A stretch of 64,000 bases of DNA, taken from contig OZ024740.1 of the NCBI GenBank assembly GCA_964016885.1, forward strand, positions 262,756,001 to 262,820,000. Reading direction: 5' to 3'. Of the stretch, positions 1 to 13,087 are shown piece after piece. A program made the translations under genes and the position numbers. Positions within the stretch are counted from its first letter, which is position 1; the number at the start of each line of letters is the position of its first letter. The notes below the pieces were generated by a model that was not told the DNA's origin, searched no databases, and saw only the letters and a list, made by a program, of their open reading frames with translations. Source of the stretch: Eledone cirrhosa (Eukaryota).

Positions 1-1074
1 AGAATCGTTACCGTATTTATTCTGCCTCTCCGAGCTCAGATGTTAAGTGGGAGAATAATTATTTCGTTATACTTTTAGCAACACTATGCATGTTAGGCGG
101 CCGTAAGAAATCCTCGATGATTGTGGGGCCTGCAACTTGAAGCAACCTTGAGGATATAAACTATGTGTACATGAAAAGGTTAGTAATTGAGTTACGTTTA
201 CTTACGCAAATAAACCGACAGTGCATTTGGTATCTCCGAAAGCATTTCGTTGATTACTTATATTAAATTAGAGAGATTGTGGAAGAGAGAATTGAAGGTA
301 TGGTGTTAAAGATGAAGTGCGTGCAATTTTACTTCTAGTTGGATCAATGTTCTAAACTCGGTTTGGCAAGAGATTAGCATTTGAGCTATGTAACTTACCA
401 AACCTAAGTATACAAAACCTCATGGGTTACCAGTTAATGATACATCCACCATATATATTTCCACAAATGCACTAGAACTAAATGTCTGGCAATATTTAAA
501 ATTTCTTTTATACTAACCTGCTCAAAACCGCCTCTGGTTTTATGAAACCGAGGCGTTCAGTTAAAAGGCTTCATATTTATATTAAATTCTTCCAGCATGA
601 TTTGTTATATTACAAATACCATCTTAATAATAAAATAATTAATAATCTTGCAAATCTTCCATTAACTATTTTAGGGTGGATGTTCGTCATCGAGGTTATA
701 TATAAATCGACTTTGCCTGGATCGAATCTAACGACAGGAACCCATTCATAAATATCACAGGCTTAGCTAATATCAATAATTAATGTTCTAAAATTTACTC
801 TTTGAATTGGTTGCAATCATAGAAATGTCTCAAGAGGAATAAAAGCTGGTATAGCCTGATATACTGAATAACCAATTCAAAAGACTCTATCTTTGATGTG
901 ACAATGATATTAATAATAATTAGAATGATAATGAAAATTGAGTTCTTTGTTTTCTCATTAGAAATTCTAATTGCTTTAGAAATCATATTTATTTCTGCGG
1001 GCAAATATGTATGTATACACACACACACACACATACACACATACACACATACACACATGCACACGCACATATGT

Positions 1075-1147
<73 letters not shown>

Positions 1148-1282
1148 TGTAGTTGACGGCCGAGAGGAAAGAGAACTCAATACCGAATTAGAGAGATTAA
1201 ATATTCAGTCTTTTCATATCATATTCACTACCATGAGTGAATCTTAACCATCTACTATGTCAGGGTGTGTCATACATCATCT

Positions 1283-1349
1283 TATTTTATCTGATGAGGA
1301 CGTACTGTTGAAGATAGATCAGTACCTCTGAAATATGTATAATAAAATA
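1283..1349 (+). ncRNA. Minimal type I hammerhead ribozyme motif
   Basis: Stem I TATTTTAT (1283-90) pairs with ATAAAATA (1342-49). CTGATGA core at 1291-97; stem II GTACTG/CAGTAC; GAAA at 1330-33; short stem III TATGTA; predicted ATA cleavage after 1341. Confidence 0.75.
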
Positions 1350-1528
1350 TACTTGATCACACGAATGTCTATTTTTGTTAATATTTTGAATTAATATATT
1401 TATATATATATATATATATATATATAAACGGAAAAAATGAAACGAAATTTCATTTGCCACTCTTAGTACGGCTGTTACTTAAATATAAGTATGTACACGT
1501 ACATACATATATGTATACAGACGTACAG

Positions 1529-1664
1529 TAGTATGTATATATATATACATACTTGCACACATATATATATATTTGTGTGTGTGAGTATGTGTGTGTATAT
1601 ATATATATATTTGTGTGTGTGTATGAGTGTGTATATATATATATGTATATACATATATATATAT

Positions 1665-1696
<32 letters not shown>

Positions 1697-1750
1697 TTGT
1701 GTGTGTGTATGAGTGTGTATATATATATATGTATATACATATATATATAT

Positions 1751-1801
<51 letters not shown>

Positions 1802-1850
1802 TATATACATATATATATATACATATATATATATACATATATATATATAC

Positions 1851-1949
<99 letters not shown>

Positions 1950-1955
1950 TATATA
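1529..1955. repeat. (TA)n/(TG)n compound microsatellite
   Basis: Directly visible. It is the source of the spurious YIYI/CVCV ORFs. Confidence 0.95.
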
Positions 1956-1994
1956 CATAATATAAGATCAAAAGATGGTTAAAGGAGTTCCATA

Positions 1995-2066
1995 TATTTT
2001 ATTATGCGCATTTCAAAAACAAACATCATCATGCAATAATATTTGTGTTTTCATCAGATAAAATAG
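1995..2066 (-). ncRNA. Hammerhead ribozyme motif (inverted arm)
   Basis: Reverse complement of the 2183-2255 motif: TCATCAG at 2051-57, TTTC at 2011-14, TGCGCA at 2005-10. Confidence 0.75.
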
Positions 2067-2182
2067 GAGAACATGATATGAAGGCTAAAAAACACTTGTG
2101 GATAGTGCAGTTTTAAATCAACATATGTTGATTTAAAACTGCACTATCCACAAGTGTTTTTTAGCCTTCATATCATGTTCTC

Positions 2183-2255
2183 CTATTTTATCTGATGAAA
2201 ACACAAATATTATTGCATGATGATGTTTGTTTTTGAAATGCGCATAATAAAATAG
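2183..2255 (+). ncRNA. Minimal type I hammerhead ribozyme motif
   Basis: 9-bp stem I CTATTTTAT/ATAAAATAG; CTGATGA at 2192-98; AU/GU-rich stem II; GAAA at 2235-38; palindromic stem III TGCGCA; ATA cleavage triplet ending at 2246. Confidence 0.8.
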
Positions 2256-2350
2256 ATGGAACTCCTTTAACCATCTTTTGATCTTATATTATGCATACTC
2301 CAGTCCCACAAACTGCATTGCTTTATTGTACTACAATAAAACTCACCTCC

Positions 2351-2615
<265 letters not shown>

Positions 2616-2659
2616 ATGAAAGGTATAGAAAACATTGTAGCAAAAGCCAAGAGTATCCC

Positions 2660-2697
<38 letters not shown>

Positions 2698-2930
2698 CAT
2701 CATTTGACATGACAATAATAATTTCTTTCTACGCTATAAACAAATTACATACCGTTCACTGGTTTAACATTGCCAACTTCCAACTTCTTCACGCTACTTT
2801 CTTTCAGACAAACCTATCATGTTTCTTTTCCGAAAGCCATTGCTTTAATTACTTCCGATATTCTAATGTATTATTCAATGTATATAGGCTTTCGTTCGCT
2901 TACTTGTGTGTATTTATGTGCTTGTGTTTG

Positions 2931-3244
<314 letters not shown>

Positions 3245-3897
3245 TCATCTTCGTTTTTCGAATGCAATATATATATACATTTTTTCTCTTTTTCCGTTGC
3301 TTGTTTTAGGTTATTTATTTTTGTCTTTTTTTCATAGTCAAAATTTTCTTCTTAATGATTTGTTTCACATTCTCAAGTGCTTTTCTGTCATCAGTATATC
3401 TCTTATTTTCTTGAGTCTCTATTATAGAGATAATTTCTTTAGCTAAAGAAAAAATTTCACATAGAAAGAAAGCCACAAAACAGCAGTTTCCTTCATATAA
3501 CTTGCTTCCTTACGAGATCTAATAATCCTGTATTTTCTTTCTCTAAACATCCTGTACTAAGATTAAGTTAATCTTTGAAAGTGAACAAAGTATGGCCAAA
3601 TGTTTAAGAGGTTTGTTTCGCCATGATAATTACCTGGCCTCTTGCCACACGTTGTCTGGAAGTCCATCTGATGGACTGTAAATGTAGTTCAAAGACTCCG
3701 GTCAACCCACGGTTTGCAAGTCCAACTGATGGACCGTAATTAGTGTTCAAAGGTTCAATTGTGACGCACAGATAGATTGTATTAGTGACAAAATATTTTG
3801 GGAGATGCTCAGCCACTTGCACGTTGATATCCCGAACGGACTGCCCGCCGGAATAATTATGGTCGAAACCGACGGACATCCGTTTTAATGATATATA

Positions 3898-4008
3898 TAT
3901 CATCATCATCATCAGGTCGAGCCTGCTCGGCTTTCTACGACACGTTTCCTCCATCCATCTCTGTCTCTCATAGCGTTTGCCAGTTCTTCCGCAGTGCATC
4001 CAGTATCG

Positions 4009-4010
<2 letters not shown>
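3898..4010 (-). mobile_element. RTE-like LINE extreme 3' end with (GAT)n tail
   Basis: The minus strand encodes MRDRDGWRKRVVESRAGST* (DRxxWR-type RTE C-terminus), followed by TGATGATGATGATG. Confidence 0.55.
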
Positions 4011-4090
<80 letters not shown>

Positions 4091-6692
4091 TGTGTGTGTG
4101 TGTATGTGTGTGTGTGTTCGTCTGGTGTGTGTGTGTGAGTGTGTATGTGATTGTGCGTGTGTGTGTTTAAGTTTTCATTATGGTGGAATGCATAGTTGAA
4201 ATTGCCACATTTATGGAATATATTATTTTTATATGTAATATTGTTTTTAACGTTGATAAAAAGTACCGGCGTAGTACTGGGGTCGATTCTTCCTCTATAT
4301 CTCTGCTCACTTTCATTCCCCACTCTCTATCCGTGTCTGGAAGAAATCTGCCGTCTTCAGAGCTGGAGAGGAGATGGGCGCCGCTAGCTCTTAAAAAAAT
4401 GTTCTAGAGACGCCGTATTTCAATATAGTGACCCCGTTGGGAGTTACTGGTCCATACGTAGTCACAGGCCTACGTATGTAGGGAAAGAGATATTTGATTA
4501 TAACGATCTCAATACTACAGTGGTACTAATTATACCTACTTGGGAAGGAAGATTTACAAAGTTTTAATCAGATTTAATCAACTGTCACCTTGCACTGAAA
4601 TTGCTGGCTTTTTAGATTTCTTTTAGTCTTAGTTTTCTTTTGAAACCGTCATTAATCACTTTTGGTATCAGAACGAAATAAGCAATCCGTAGAAACTGGT
4701 GATTGCTTGCATCAGTAACAAGTAGTTAATAGGACAGATCATAGACGAGTCTGTTATATTCAATCGACGTGATACACTGTCAATGTCCATCTCACATTTT
4801 AGTTAATGAAGGAATTCTTTACTTCCATATTTGTGATGAAAACGATTATCTATACCTTCATTTCCCGTCATTTTTCAAATGACAAGCTTCATGGAATAAA
4901 ACCATATGTATGGATGTAAATAATTATTCATAATCATACCATTATTCCAAATTCAATCTTAGAATGACATGTCTCATTGAAAAATAACATTATGTATGTT
5001 TGTAAATAATTATTCTTTTTTAAATACAGAGAGTTACATATCGTTGCATATCTTTTCAGCAGGATGAGAATCACATTGGTTTGGAAGTGAAATAATTAAA
5101 TTGCTTTGAACATAGATTATTTAATAGAAACAGTTCTCCGGTCATTACAGGTTCGTTCCAGCTGGTGAAATTGATGCTGTTCAATGTGTATAACGAAAAA
5201 GGGAATTACTCTGCTGATTATGCGTTAATTTACCTGAATTGGAATATAGTTAGTTGAATCACTAATTGCTTATTGTTGAGTCCGAAAGAAAGTATACCTA
5301 CTGCTTAATTTAATTTTGATATTTGTAAAAATCAAATATTCCATCCATTATCCATTGGGCAAAATAGTTTATTGTGTGGTTGGAATAAATCATAGACATG
5401 GAAAGAAAACTTTATCCATTCTCTATGCTCATATATAAGTTAATGCTGTGGCTATTTCCATAACATTGATTTATTACTGATCGAAACATATGTGGATATA
5501 TTTGGAAAAGCCATGGCAAGTGTGTAGACGCATATTCTAAATTTGCTACCAAATTGCCAAAATATTTTATTTAAAATATATCTTTACTAGAGGAGCGGTA
5601 GTAAAATACTCTCTCAATTTCTGTCAGATATGTATTCTAAAAGATTAGCACACACTGTTTGAAGTACAACAAACTGATAGAGATATTTCGAATGCTTGGG
5701 AATAAATTGCCTGTAGATATTGGAAATCGTATCATAACTAGCAGCTATATATTTCTAAAATTAGTTATTCTAATTCTAATTGCACCATTGCACTTGTATC
5801 TAAATGAAACGAAAATCAAATGTATATACATTAAATGGAAAATACAGAAATGAAAACCACATTATGATTTTCTACTGTTCTCGTTGTTTGCCTCCAGTTC
5901 TTTGGATAAAATTCTACTGTTAATTTTCTTATAAACTCCTGCGTGAAAGTTTCAAAACATATCGATCGACTCTTACACATAATATAATTGTGTAAATGCA
6001 TTTCATATCTGCCGCCTTTAGTTATTTTCCCCACTGTTACAGTTAGTTTCGTTATTTGGTACTCGTATATAAAAAAAATGAAGTATGTTAACCAAACAGA
6101 TGATGATCGACATTGTTAACTTAAAGAAACTCTGAATATTATAGCCTGTAGACAGGAAGTCCCGAATCTTGTGCGCTTGTGTAAAGAGCTGGAATAGCAA
6201 TAGACGCTTCAAAGAAAATTATGTTGCTGCAAGCAATATATCCTTAGGTTGGCATCTGGTCAGAGTGAAATACACTTACAACCGACACACAATTATTATT
6301 TATTTCAATATCGTCTCACGTATATATCTTGTGTATGGATTTGAATCTAAATACTTTTAGTTTATCGCTCCAGGCAATGAGAGTTGGTAGAAATATACAC
6401 ATATATACTTAGTTCTTTGATGTTTATAAATCATGGGCGGCCATATTTATTATACAAGATTCACTCGATAATAATAGTACTAAGTGAGATATATATTCTA
6501 GCAGTATTGAAGAATTATAGAACAATGATTTTAATATAGCCTGTTTTATAGTAAAGGAAATATTTTAAAGGCTTCAGTGCGACCCGATATATGTAATGGA
6601 TGTTAGATTATTTGCTTCTTGTTCTGATATTATTTGTTTCTCAACGCTAACCTAACCATCTATTGAGAATTAGCTATAAGTTTTTAACGACT

Positions 6693-6975
6693 GGGGGTGC
6701 CTGGCCTAGTAGTAAAGATGTTGCATGTACGATCATAATGTCGTTAGTTCGATTCCTGGACTCTGTTGCATGTTGAGTTCTTGGGCAAAACACTTCATTT
6801 CACGTTACTCCAGTATACCGAGCTAAAAATGAGTACCACCAATAGCTGGGAGTTTAACCCTGCGATGGACTAGCATCCGATTCAGAGGGTAGTCTTGTAC
6901 TTTAAGTGGCTTAACGCCACAAAACCGGGATAAGCACCGCCCCAACGAGCCTTCTGGCTTGACACAGACTTTAGA
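6693..6975 (+). mobile_element. tRNA-derived SINE (CORE/V-type body)
   Basis: A box TGGCCTAGTAG and B box GTTCGATTCC, followed by TTCTTGGGCAAAACACTTCATTTCAC. Homologous to copies at 8083, 21740 (-) and 58597. Confidence 0.7.
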
Positions 6976-8082
6976 TTTTTTATAGGTTTTCCCAAATATA
7001 TGTTCATGTTTAAATAGAAAAGTATAAATAATTGTGAACATATATTTTTGTCACGACTCGTAGAAAGTTGAGAATATTTAGATAGACATTCGCCAATTCG
7101 CGATAAAAATATGAAAAGTATAATGAGATGAGTAGATTAATTCTATGGGGGAAAGTTTTATGATCGTGGACTTCGCATTAATTTCAAGAGTGCTGAATAA
7201 TTGTAGTATGATCAACGCAAGGGAATCTTGTGCTAGGAATTGTCTCCAGAGAGATGAGGTACCTTGACTATGCGTAATTGATGTTTCAAAGACTCTGGTT
7301 GAACATAATGTTTCACAAAAGTCTGTTGTTTCTAATTAAGCTTTATAAAATGCACATTTCTGGGCATTGAACGTGATTTTTGTTTTATTTCAGAGCTGAA
7401 TCTATGCTCGAGTATACCCTTTTACTCTTTTACCTGTTCCAGCATCGGGCTGAGGCCATGCTGGGGCACCGCATATATATATTTAAAATAGAGTCGAAAG
7501 AAATATATCAGGGACTGATCTGAATGCTAAAATTACATATGGAAGAGCTTCACTCATGTAATATAATGATTTGAAATATTTTGTTCATGTAAAATTTTCA
7601 TTACAGTTAAAAGTGAAAATCTCCATGTATAAATAATTAATATCTAAAAACCACAAACAAGTGAGATAAAGCTGATGGTATCAGTTAGCTGATTATTTTA
7701 GAATTTAAAGACTATGTTGAAAAAGGGATCTTGTCTTTAAAGCCAAATGCTAAAAATATCAGACATGATTTGTTTTTTTATTTCCTAGATTTCATCCGCG
7801 ATGCAGTATTTTCTATGAGGTATCTGATATTTTTGTGTTGTAGTAGCACCAGATATGTGGGACATATTCCTCTGTAGAAATTTGTTGATATGGAAAATGA
7901 TCGTGGTTACATTATATCCTGGCCTGAAATAAGCAATTCATTCTTTGTGACGCAGCTATAGTAATGCTAAAATTGTGAGCTCTGTAAGCCAAGATAATCA
8001 TAATTTGTAACGTTTAACATTTGTAGCGAGGGTACGGACTATGTGCTGTTCAAGAACAGGAGTTTGTTTTCCTAGACTGTAA

Positions 8083-8420
8083 AGGCGCGAAGCTTAGCTG
8101 CTTGAAGTTTGAGCTCACAATCGTAAGGTTGTGAGTTTGAGTCCCGGACCGTGTGGTTCGTTCTGTTCTTGAGCAAAACACTTTATTTCACATTGCTCCA
8201 GTTCATTCAGCGGTAGAAATGATTTGCGACGTCACAGGTGCCAAGCTGTATCGCTCATTGCCTTTCCTTTGGACGACATTGTTGACCTGGAGAGGGGAGA
8301 CTATGCATGGACGACTCCTGGTTTTTCACAAACACACTTTCCCAGACTTGTGCCTTGGAAGGTATTTCTAGAAGCAAATCTTATGGTCATTCACGACCTA
8401 AGGGCCTCTCCATTTCCTTT
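8083..8420 (+). mobile_element. tRNA-derived SINE (CORE/V-type body)
   Basis: GAGTTTGAGTCCC B box and TTCTTGAGCAAAACACTTTATTTCAC body; 3' part shared with the 21740-22065 copy. Confidence 0.7.
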
Positions 8421-8592
8421 CCATGAGCTGTTCATAAATAGGAGTTAGCAGTTCGAGACTGAGTTCTGGTGCTGTTGAAGGAAACCAAGTTGCCTTGGTA
8501 TGATTTGAGTTTGTTTTAAGAAATGCAGATCTGGCATCCGGATCTAGGTAGTGTGTGGCTGGTAACATTGTAGGTGAACGATTGTTATTTTA

Positions 8593-8783
8593 GAGCGGTG
8601 GATTGGCAGTATCGGTAGAGGGTCGGACGCCATGCTTTCCAGCATAGTTACGTCCCTTTACGATCTGAGTTCAAATCCCGCCGAGGTTGACTTTGCCTTT
8701 CACCCTTACGGGGTCGATAAAATAAAGTACCAGTAATGCACTGGGTATTTGCTGGCCTTGTGCCTAAAGTAGAAACAGTTATT
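8593..8783 (+). mobile_element. tRNA-derived SINE with Meta/MESC-like central domain
   Basis: A box TGGCAGTATCGG, B box GAGTTCAAATCC, core GCCTTTCA(C/T)CCTTACGGGGTCGATAAAATAAAGTACCAG, ending AGTAGAAACA. At least 9 related copies in the window. The domain name is from memory. Confidence 0.8.
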
Positions 8784-8807
8784 TTAGAGCTTATATAATT
8801 TAGAAAA

Positions 8808-8965
8808 GGCGGCGAATTTGTAGAATCATTAGTACGTCAGATAAAATGCCTTTGTGGTATTCGGTTTGGCTCTCTGAACTCTCTGAGTTCAATTTCCGCC
8901 GAAGTCAACTTTGCCTTCCATCGTGTCGAGTTCGATAAAAAAAGATCCGTCTAGTACTGGGGTTC
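8808..8965 (+). mobile_element. Diverged copy of the Meta-like SINE
   Basis: GAGTTCAATTTCCGCCGAAGTCAACTTTGCCTTCCATC...GATAAAA. Confidence 0.65.
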
Positions 8966-9289
8966 ATTCTTCCTCTATATCTCATTCTTACTTCCTTTCT
9001 CTCATAATATATATGAGGCAAAGTACAAGGATTTATTTGATTGATGAAAAAGCTTGAAGGACCACAGTCCACACAATAAAACCAATAAAAGAATACACGT
9101 GTTATGGTGCCATATTAGGATATCAACTGATACGCAGAGATTGTGAATGATAAAGGAACATAAGAAAAGCGTCTAACAACTGAAGCGTCAGTTCTGGAAG
9201 GGTTCTGCCCACAGTCTTGTTGAAGACATCAATAATTGGACATGCGAATTCTGTCAACGTGTACTTCTCTCAAGAGCTGGTTACTTTCA

Positions 9290-9642
9290 TCACGTGAAGT
9301 CACAGGAAAGAACAACCATCCGCAGAACCACACAACAAAGACATGGTGAAACAGCGTGCATGATATGCAACAAAGTATGTAGAACTATTTCCGGACTAAA
9401 AAACAAACAAAGTTGGTGGTGCATAAAGATTGTATAACACAAAATGACCCCACCAATCCCGTGGAAAGCACAACTTACTTCTCTCACCTGTGCCGTAAAC
9501 CATGCATATCTGCAGCTGATCTACAGGGTCATCTACGAAGTCATGGATGCGAATGGGATGACAATGAGAAAAACAATAAGAGATGGCAATCGTCTGAGAA
9601 GACGCTACAATCCTCATGTATGTACATACATACATACATATG
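9290..9642 (+). mobile_element. RTE-like LINE 3' end with C2H2 zinc-finger remnants and TATG/CATA tail
   Basis: CMICNKVCRTISGLK and HLCRKPCISAADLQGHLRSH motifs, ending in ATGTATGTACATACATACATACA. Confidence 0.5.
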
Positions 9643-9659
9643 TCAAGGCAGAATTCTAG

Positions 9660-10053
9660 GAGAAGGAAAACTCTGATATAACACCTGCAACCCTGATGGT
9701 ATCCAATGATGTTGACTTTTTCTTCTTTTTGGTAAATATCATCTTGGTTAAGAGAGTGGGACTGGCTTTGTGCAGTGCCTTTGCTCACTATAAAAGCTTC
9801 ACGGCACAGGCATTGCTTTATATCTGGAGATCTCTCTGCACTTGTCGTCACATGGTACCATGGGCCCAGCACTATGTGTCAATAATTGTCGCCAGTGTAG
9901 TGTTTGTACCAGAGTTTTCAAGTTGCTGGCTGGACTAAAAAGTCACACTCGTTCAGCGCATCGGTAGGGGTTCTCCTACATGGATATAAAGTAGTGGCCG
10001 TACACGAAAACGAGTTGGCAGCCACAATGTATGTATGTATGTATGTATGTATG
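9660..10053 (+). mobile_element. Second RTE-like 3' end with a C2H2 finger and (TATG)n tail
   Basis: QCSVCTRVFKLLAGLKSHTRSAH near 9893-9963, followed by (TATG)n at 10027-10053. Confidence 0.45.
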
Positions 10054-11214
10054 TTCTTCTGGTTTTATAATTTCACAAATTTTTTCCCAATAAAGAGAGA
10101 TTCTGTTTCTAACATAGACACAAGACTCTCTCATTGGAATTTACACAACATCAGCTAGGTAAAATATGTATGCATGCATGTGTAGATATGGATGTTATTT
10201 TATGTGTGGATGTGTATGTTTTGAGTTGTATGTGTGCATGTGTATATGCTTTGCATCTATACATGTGTATATGCAGTTATTACATGCAACATTTTTGGAA
10301 TGTTTTACATATTTTAACTGTTCCATGGATTGTACTTGTAATTTCCTAACTAGTTGTGTTCTTTCTGTTCCTGTGAAGCCTAGCTCCTCAAGATTTGTAT
10401 TAAGGCAGTTACTAAAATACCCCCAGTGCCCCAGGCATAAATCTGAAGGTGTAATCAGGGTGGAGTATCTGCAGATTTCTCATCAGTTCTGCATAAATAT
10501 TCTCCTTTTCACCAATCTTTGATATTATATTGGCATCTGCTGGGCAGCTAATTTCCACTACTGTGCATGTTTTCTTCTCCCTGTCCCATATCATAATATC
10601 TGGTCTGTTATACCTGCATTTTATTGGGGTTTTTACTGGAACATTCCACCAGTACTCTTTCATATTATGTACATGGATGTCTTCCACATTGCTGTAGCTT
10701 TTAATGTGTTTATTATCGGGGCTATCTTTTTTACGAACTGCATTGTACAGTGTTTTGGCCACTACATCATGCATCATAGGTACATAGTACAGCGATGACA
10801 TCTTTGGACAGCTGCCGATGACATGGGTTATATCCTCGATGTTAGTTCTTCAGTGTCTGCACTTGTTATCACATCTAGGTGTTTTGCCTGCATCCCTATC
10901 TCTTTTGTGAATCAGGTATCTCCTGTTCTTGGATTGCAAAAGCGTATCCTTCAAAGTGGGAGCCAATATAGCGGTTGTTGGTCCAATATAGACTACTTTC
11001 CATATCTATATTACTCTCAACATATCCATGCATGATTTTTTGCTGATAAGCATGCAGTTTTTCATCCATGAATTCACTGCAATACGGCTGAGCGACATCC
11101 CTATTTGTGAGCTTTTGATTATCACACAGAGAATATCTCTCGAGGAATTCCTTCCCAACTCTCATGATCTTATCTGCTTCATGCAGATAGACTTGCTCGA
11201 GAGACGGGCTCCTA
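10054..11214 (-). mobile_element. R4/Dong-like RLE non-LTR retrotransposon, 5'-truncated and internally deleted copy
   Basis: Near-duplicate of 11253-12470 (HD motif, RPDIMIWD...VVEISCP RLE motif, same 3' UTR), bounded by (CATA)n on both sides. Confidence 0.85.
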
Positions 11215-11252
11215 TGTATGTATGTATGTATGTATGTATGTATGTATGTATG

Positions 11253-13087
11253 TTCTTCTGGTTTTATAATTTCACAAAGTTTTACCAATAGAGAGAGAGT
11301 CGGTTTCTAACATAGACACAAGACTCTCTCATTGGAATTTACACAACATCAACTAGGTAGATATGTATGTATGTCTGCATGCATGCATGTGTAGATATGG
11401 ATGTTATTGTATGTGTGGATGTGTATGTTTTGAGTTGTATGTGTGCATGTGTATATGCTTTGTATCTGTACATGTGTATATGCAGTTATTAGATGCAGAA
11501 TTTTTGGAAAGTTTTACATATTTTTACTGTTCCATTAATGGATTGTACTTGTAATTTCCTAACTAGTTGTGTTCTTTCTGTTCCTGTGAAGCCTATCTTC
11601 TCAAGATTTGTATTGAGGCAGTTACTAACATATCCCAGTGCTCCAATAATCAAAGGCATAAATCTGAAGGTGTAATCAGGGTGGAGTATCTGCAGATTTC
11701 TCATCAGTTCTGCATAAATATTCTCCTTTTCACTAATCTTTGATATTATATTGGCATCTGCTGGGCAGCTAATTTCCACTACTGTGCATGTTTTCTTCTC
11801 CCTGTCCCATATCATAATATCTGGTCTGTTATGCCTGCATTTTATTGGGGTTTTTACTGGAACATTCCACCAGTACTCTTTCATATTATGTACATGGATG
11901 TCTTCCAAATTGTTGTAGCTTTTAATGTGTTTATCATCGGGGCTATCTTTTTTACGAACTGCATTGTACAGTGTGTTGGCCAATACATCATGCCTCATAG
12001 GTAGATAGTACCGGGATGACATCTTTGGGCAGCTGCTGATGACATGGGTGATATCCTCGATGTTAGTTCTGCAGAGTCTGCACTTGTTATCACATCTAGG
12101 TGTTTTGCCTGCATCCCTATCTCTTTTGTGAATCAGGTATTTCGTGCTAATCTCCTGTTCTTGGATTGCAAAAGCGTATCCTTCAAAGTGGGAGCCAATA
12201 TAGCGGTTGTTGGTCCAAGATAGACTACTTTCCTTATCTATATTACTCCCACTCTGGAGCTTCCTGGCAACATATCCATGCATGATTTTTTGCTGATAGG
12301 CATGCAGTTTTTCATCCATGGATTCACTGCGATACTGCTGAGCGACATCCCTGGGTGTGAGTTTTTGATTATCACACAGGGAATATCTCTCAAGGAGTTC
12401 CTTCCCAAATCTCATGATCTTATCTGTTTCATGCAGATAGACTTGCTCGAGAAGCGGGCTCCTACGCTTCGAGGTTCGTAGACGTTGTCGGAGAGATATG
12501 GTGCGACATTCAAATGTCTGGACTGATGTTAGGCCTCTGTCTCCCTGCTTACATTTCAAGTAAAGGCGGTCTATGTCACTGTTGATGTGGAAGTTTCCGG
12601 TCTTGTTCAGTATTTTTCGAGTTCCAACATCAACTGCTCGGATTCCGTCTATCGTGCAATTGAGTATTCCAAACGTTGGCGTTAGGACAGGCACAGCAAA
12701 CACATTGTGAGCCACTGTTTTGTTTTGCGCAGAGAGTTCCGATGACCAGATCTTTCTTAATCGCGTGTAGTATTCCCTGGTTACGCCTTCTTTATTACAG
12801 ATACCATTATAGGATATGTTCTCATCTATCCCCAGGTATCTGTAGCAGTCCTCATCAGATATCGGTGAAACAGTTAGACCATTGATGACAATGTTGCTAG
12901 ATTGGGTTGTTGTTTTTCCCCGATTTACAGTCATGTATGAGCATTTATCTTGGCCAAACTCCATTCCTATATCCTTTGAGAACGTTGTAACCAGGTCAAG
13001 ATTTTTCTTCATCCCATCCATGTTCTTGGCATAGAGTTTCAGATCGTCCACAAAGAAATTATGGGTTAGGTTCGTATTTCTGTCCTC
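11253..13087 (-). mobile_element. R4/Dong-like RLE non-LTR retrotransposon, 5'-truncated
   Basis: Carries the ORF below plus a 3' UTR ending AAACCAGAAGAA-(CATA)n; the 5' junction is also in (CATA)n. Confidence 0.9.
11489..13051 (-). CDS. Partial ORF: RT C-terminal half, CCHC finger and restriction-like endonuclease
   Basis: 520 aa open frame. FVDDLKLY catalytic motif at the start, then YRYLG, CRLC...HVISSC, RHD, RPDIMIWD-x-EISCP, and IIGALG typical of the R4/Dong clade. Confidence 0.85.
   Translation of the reverse strand: MDDLKLYAKNMDGMKKNLDLVTTFSKDIGMEFGQDKCSYMTVNRGKTTTQSSNIVINGLTVSPISDEDCYRYLGIDENISYNGICNKEGVTREYYTRLRKIWSSELSAQNKTVAHNVFAVPVLTPTFGILNCTIDGIRAVDVGTRKILNKTGNFHINSDIDRLYLKCKQGDRGLTSVQTFECRTISLRQRLRTSKRRSPLLEQVYLHETDKIMRFGKELLERYSLCDNQKLTPRDVAQQYRSESMDEKLHAYQQKIMHGYVARKLQSGSNIDKESSLSWTNNRYIGSHFEGYAFAIQEQEISTKYLIHKRDRDAGKTPRCDNKCRLCRTNIEDITHVISSCPKMSSRYYLPMRHDVLANTLYNAVRKKDSPDDKHIKSYNNLEDIHVHNMKEYWWNVPVKTPIKCRHNRPDIMIWDREKKTCTVVEISCPADANIISKISEKENIYAELMRNLQILHPDYTFRFMPLIIGALGYVSNCLNTNLEKIGFTGTERTQLVRKLQVQSINGTVKICKTFQKFCI

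Larger units (their letters stand above)
1956..2350 (+). mobile_element. Non-autonomous PLE-type fold-back element: 338-bp near-perfect palindrome (1956-2293) plus ~57-bp tail
   Basis: Arms are symmetric about 2124/2125 (one mismatch seen, 1994 vs 2255). Each arm contains an HHR, and (TA)n flanks both sides. Confidence 0.8.

Noticed and set aside
3363-3401. Minus-strand CTGATGA...GAAA
   Set aside because: Stems I, II and III do not pair convincingly, so it is a chance match or too decayed to call.
7789-7819. Possible 31-nt host micro-exon (tttcctag|ATTTC...ATGAG|gtatct)
   Set aside because: The acceptor is plausible but the donor is weak, and there is no homology or neighbouring exon support. 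RNA-seq would be needed.
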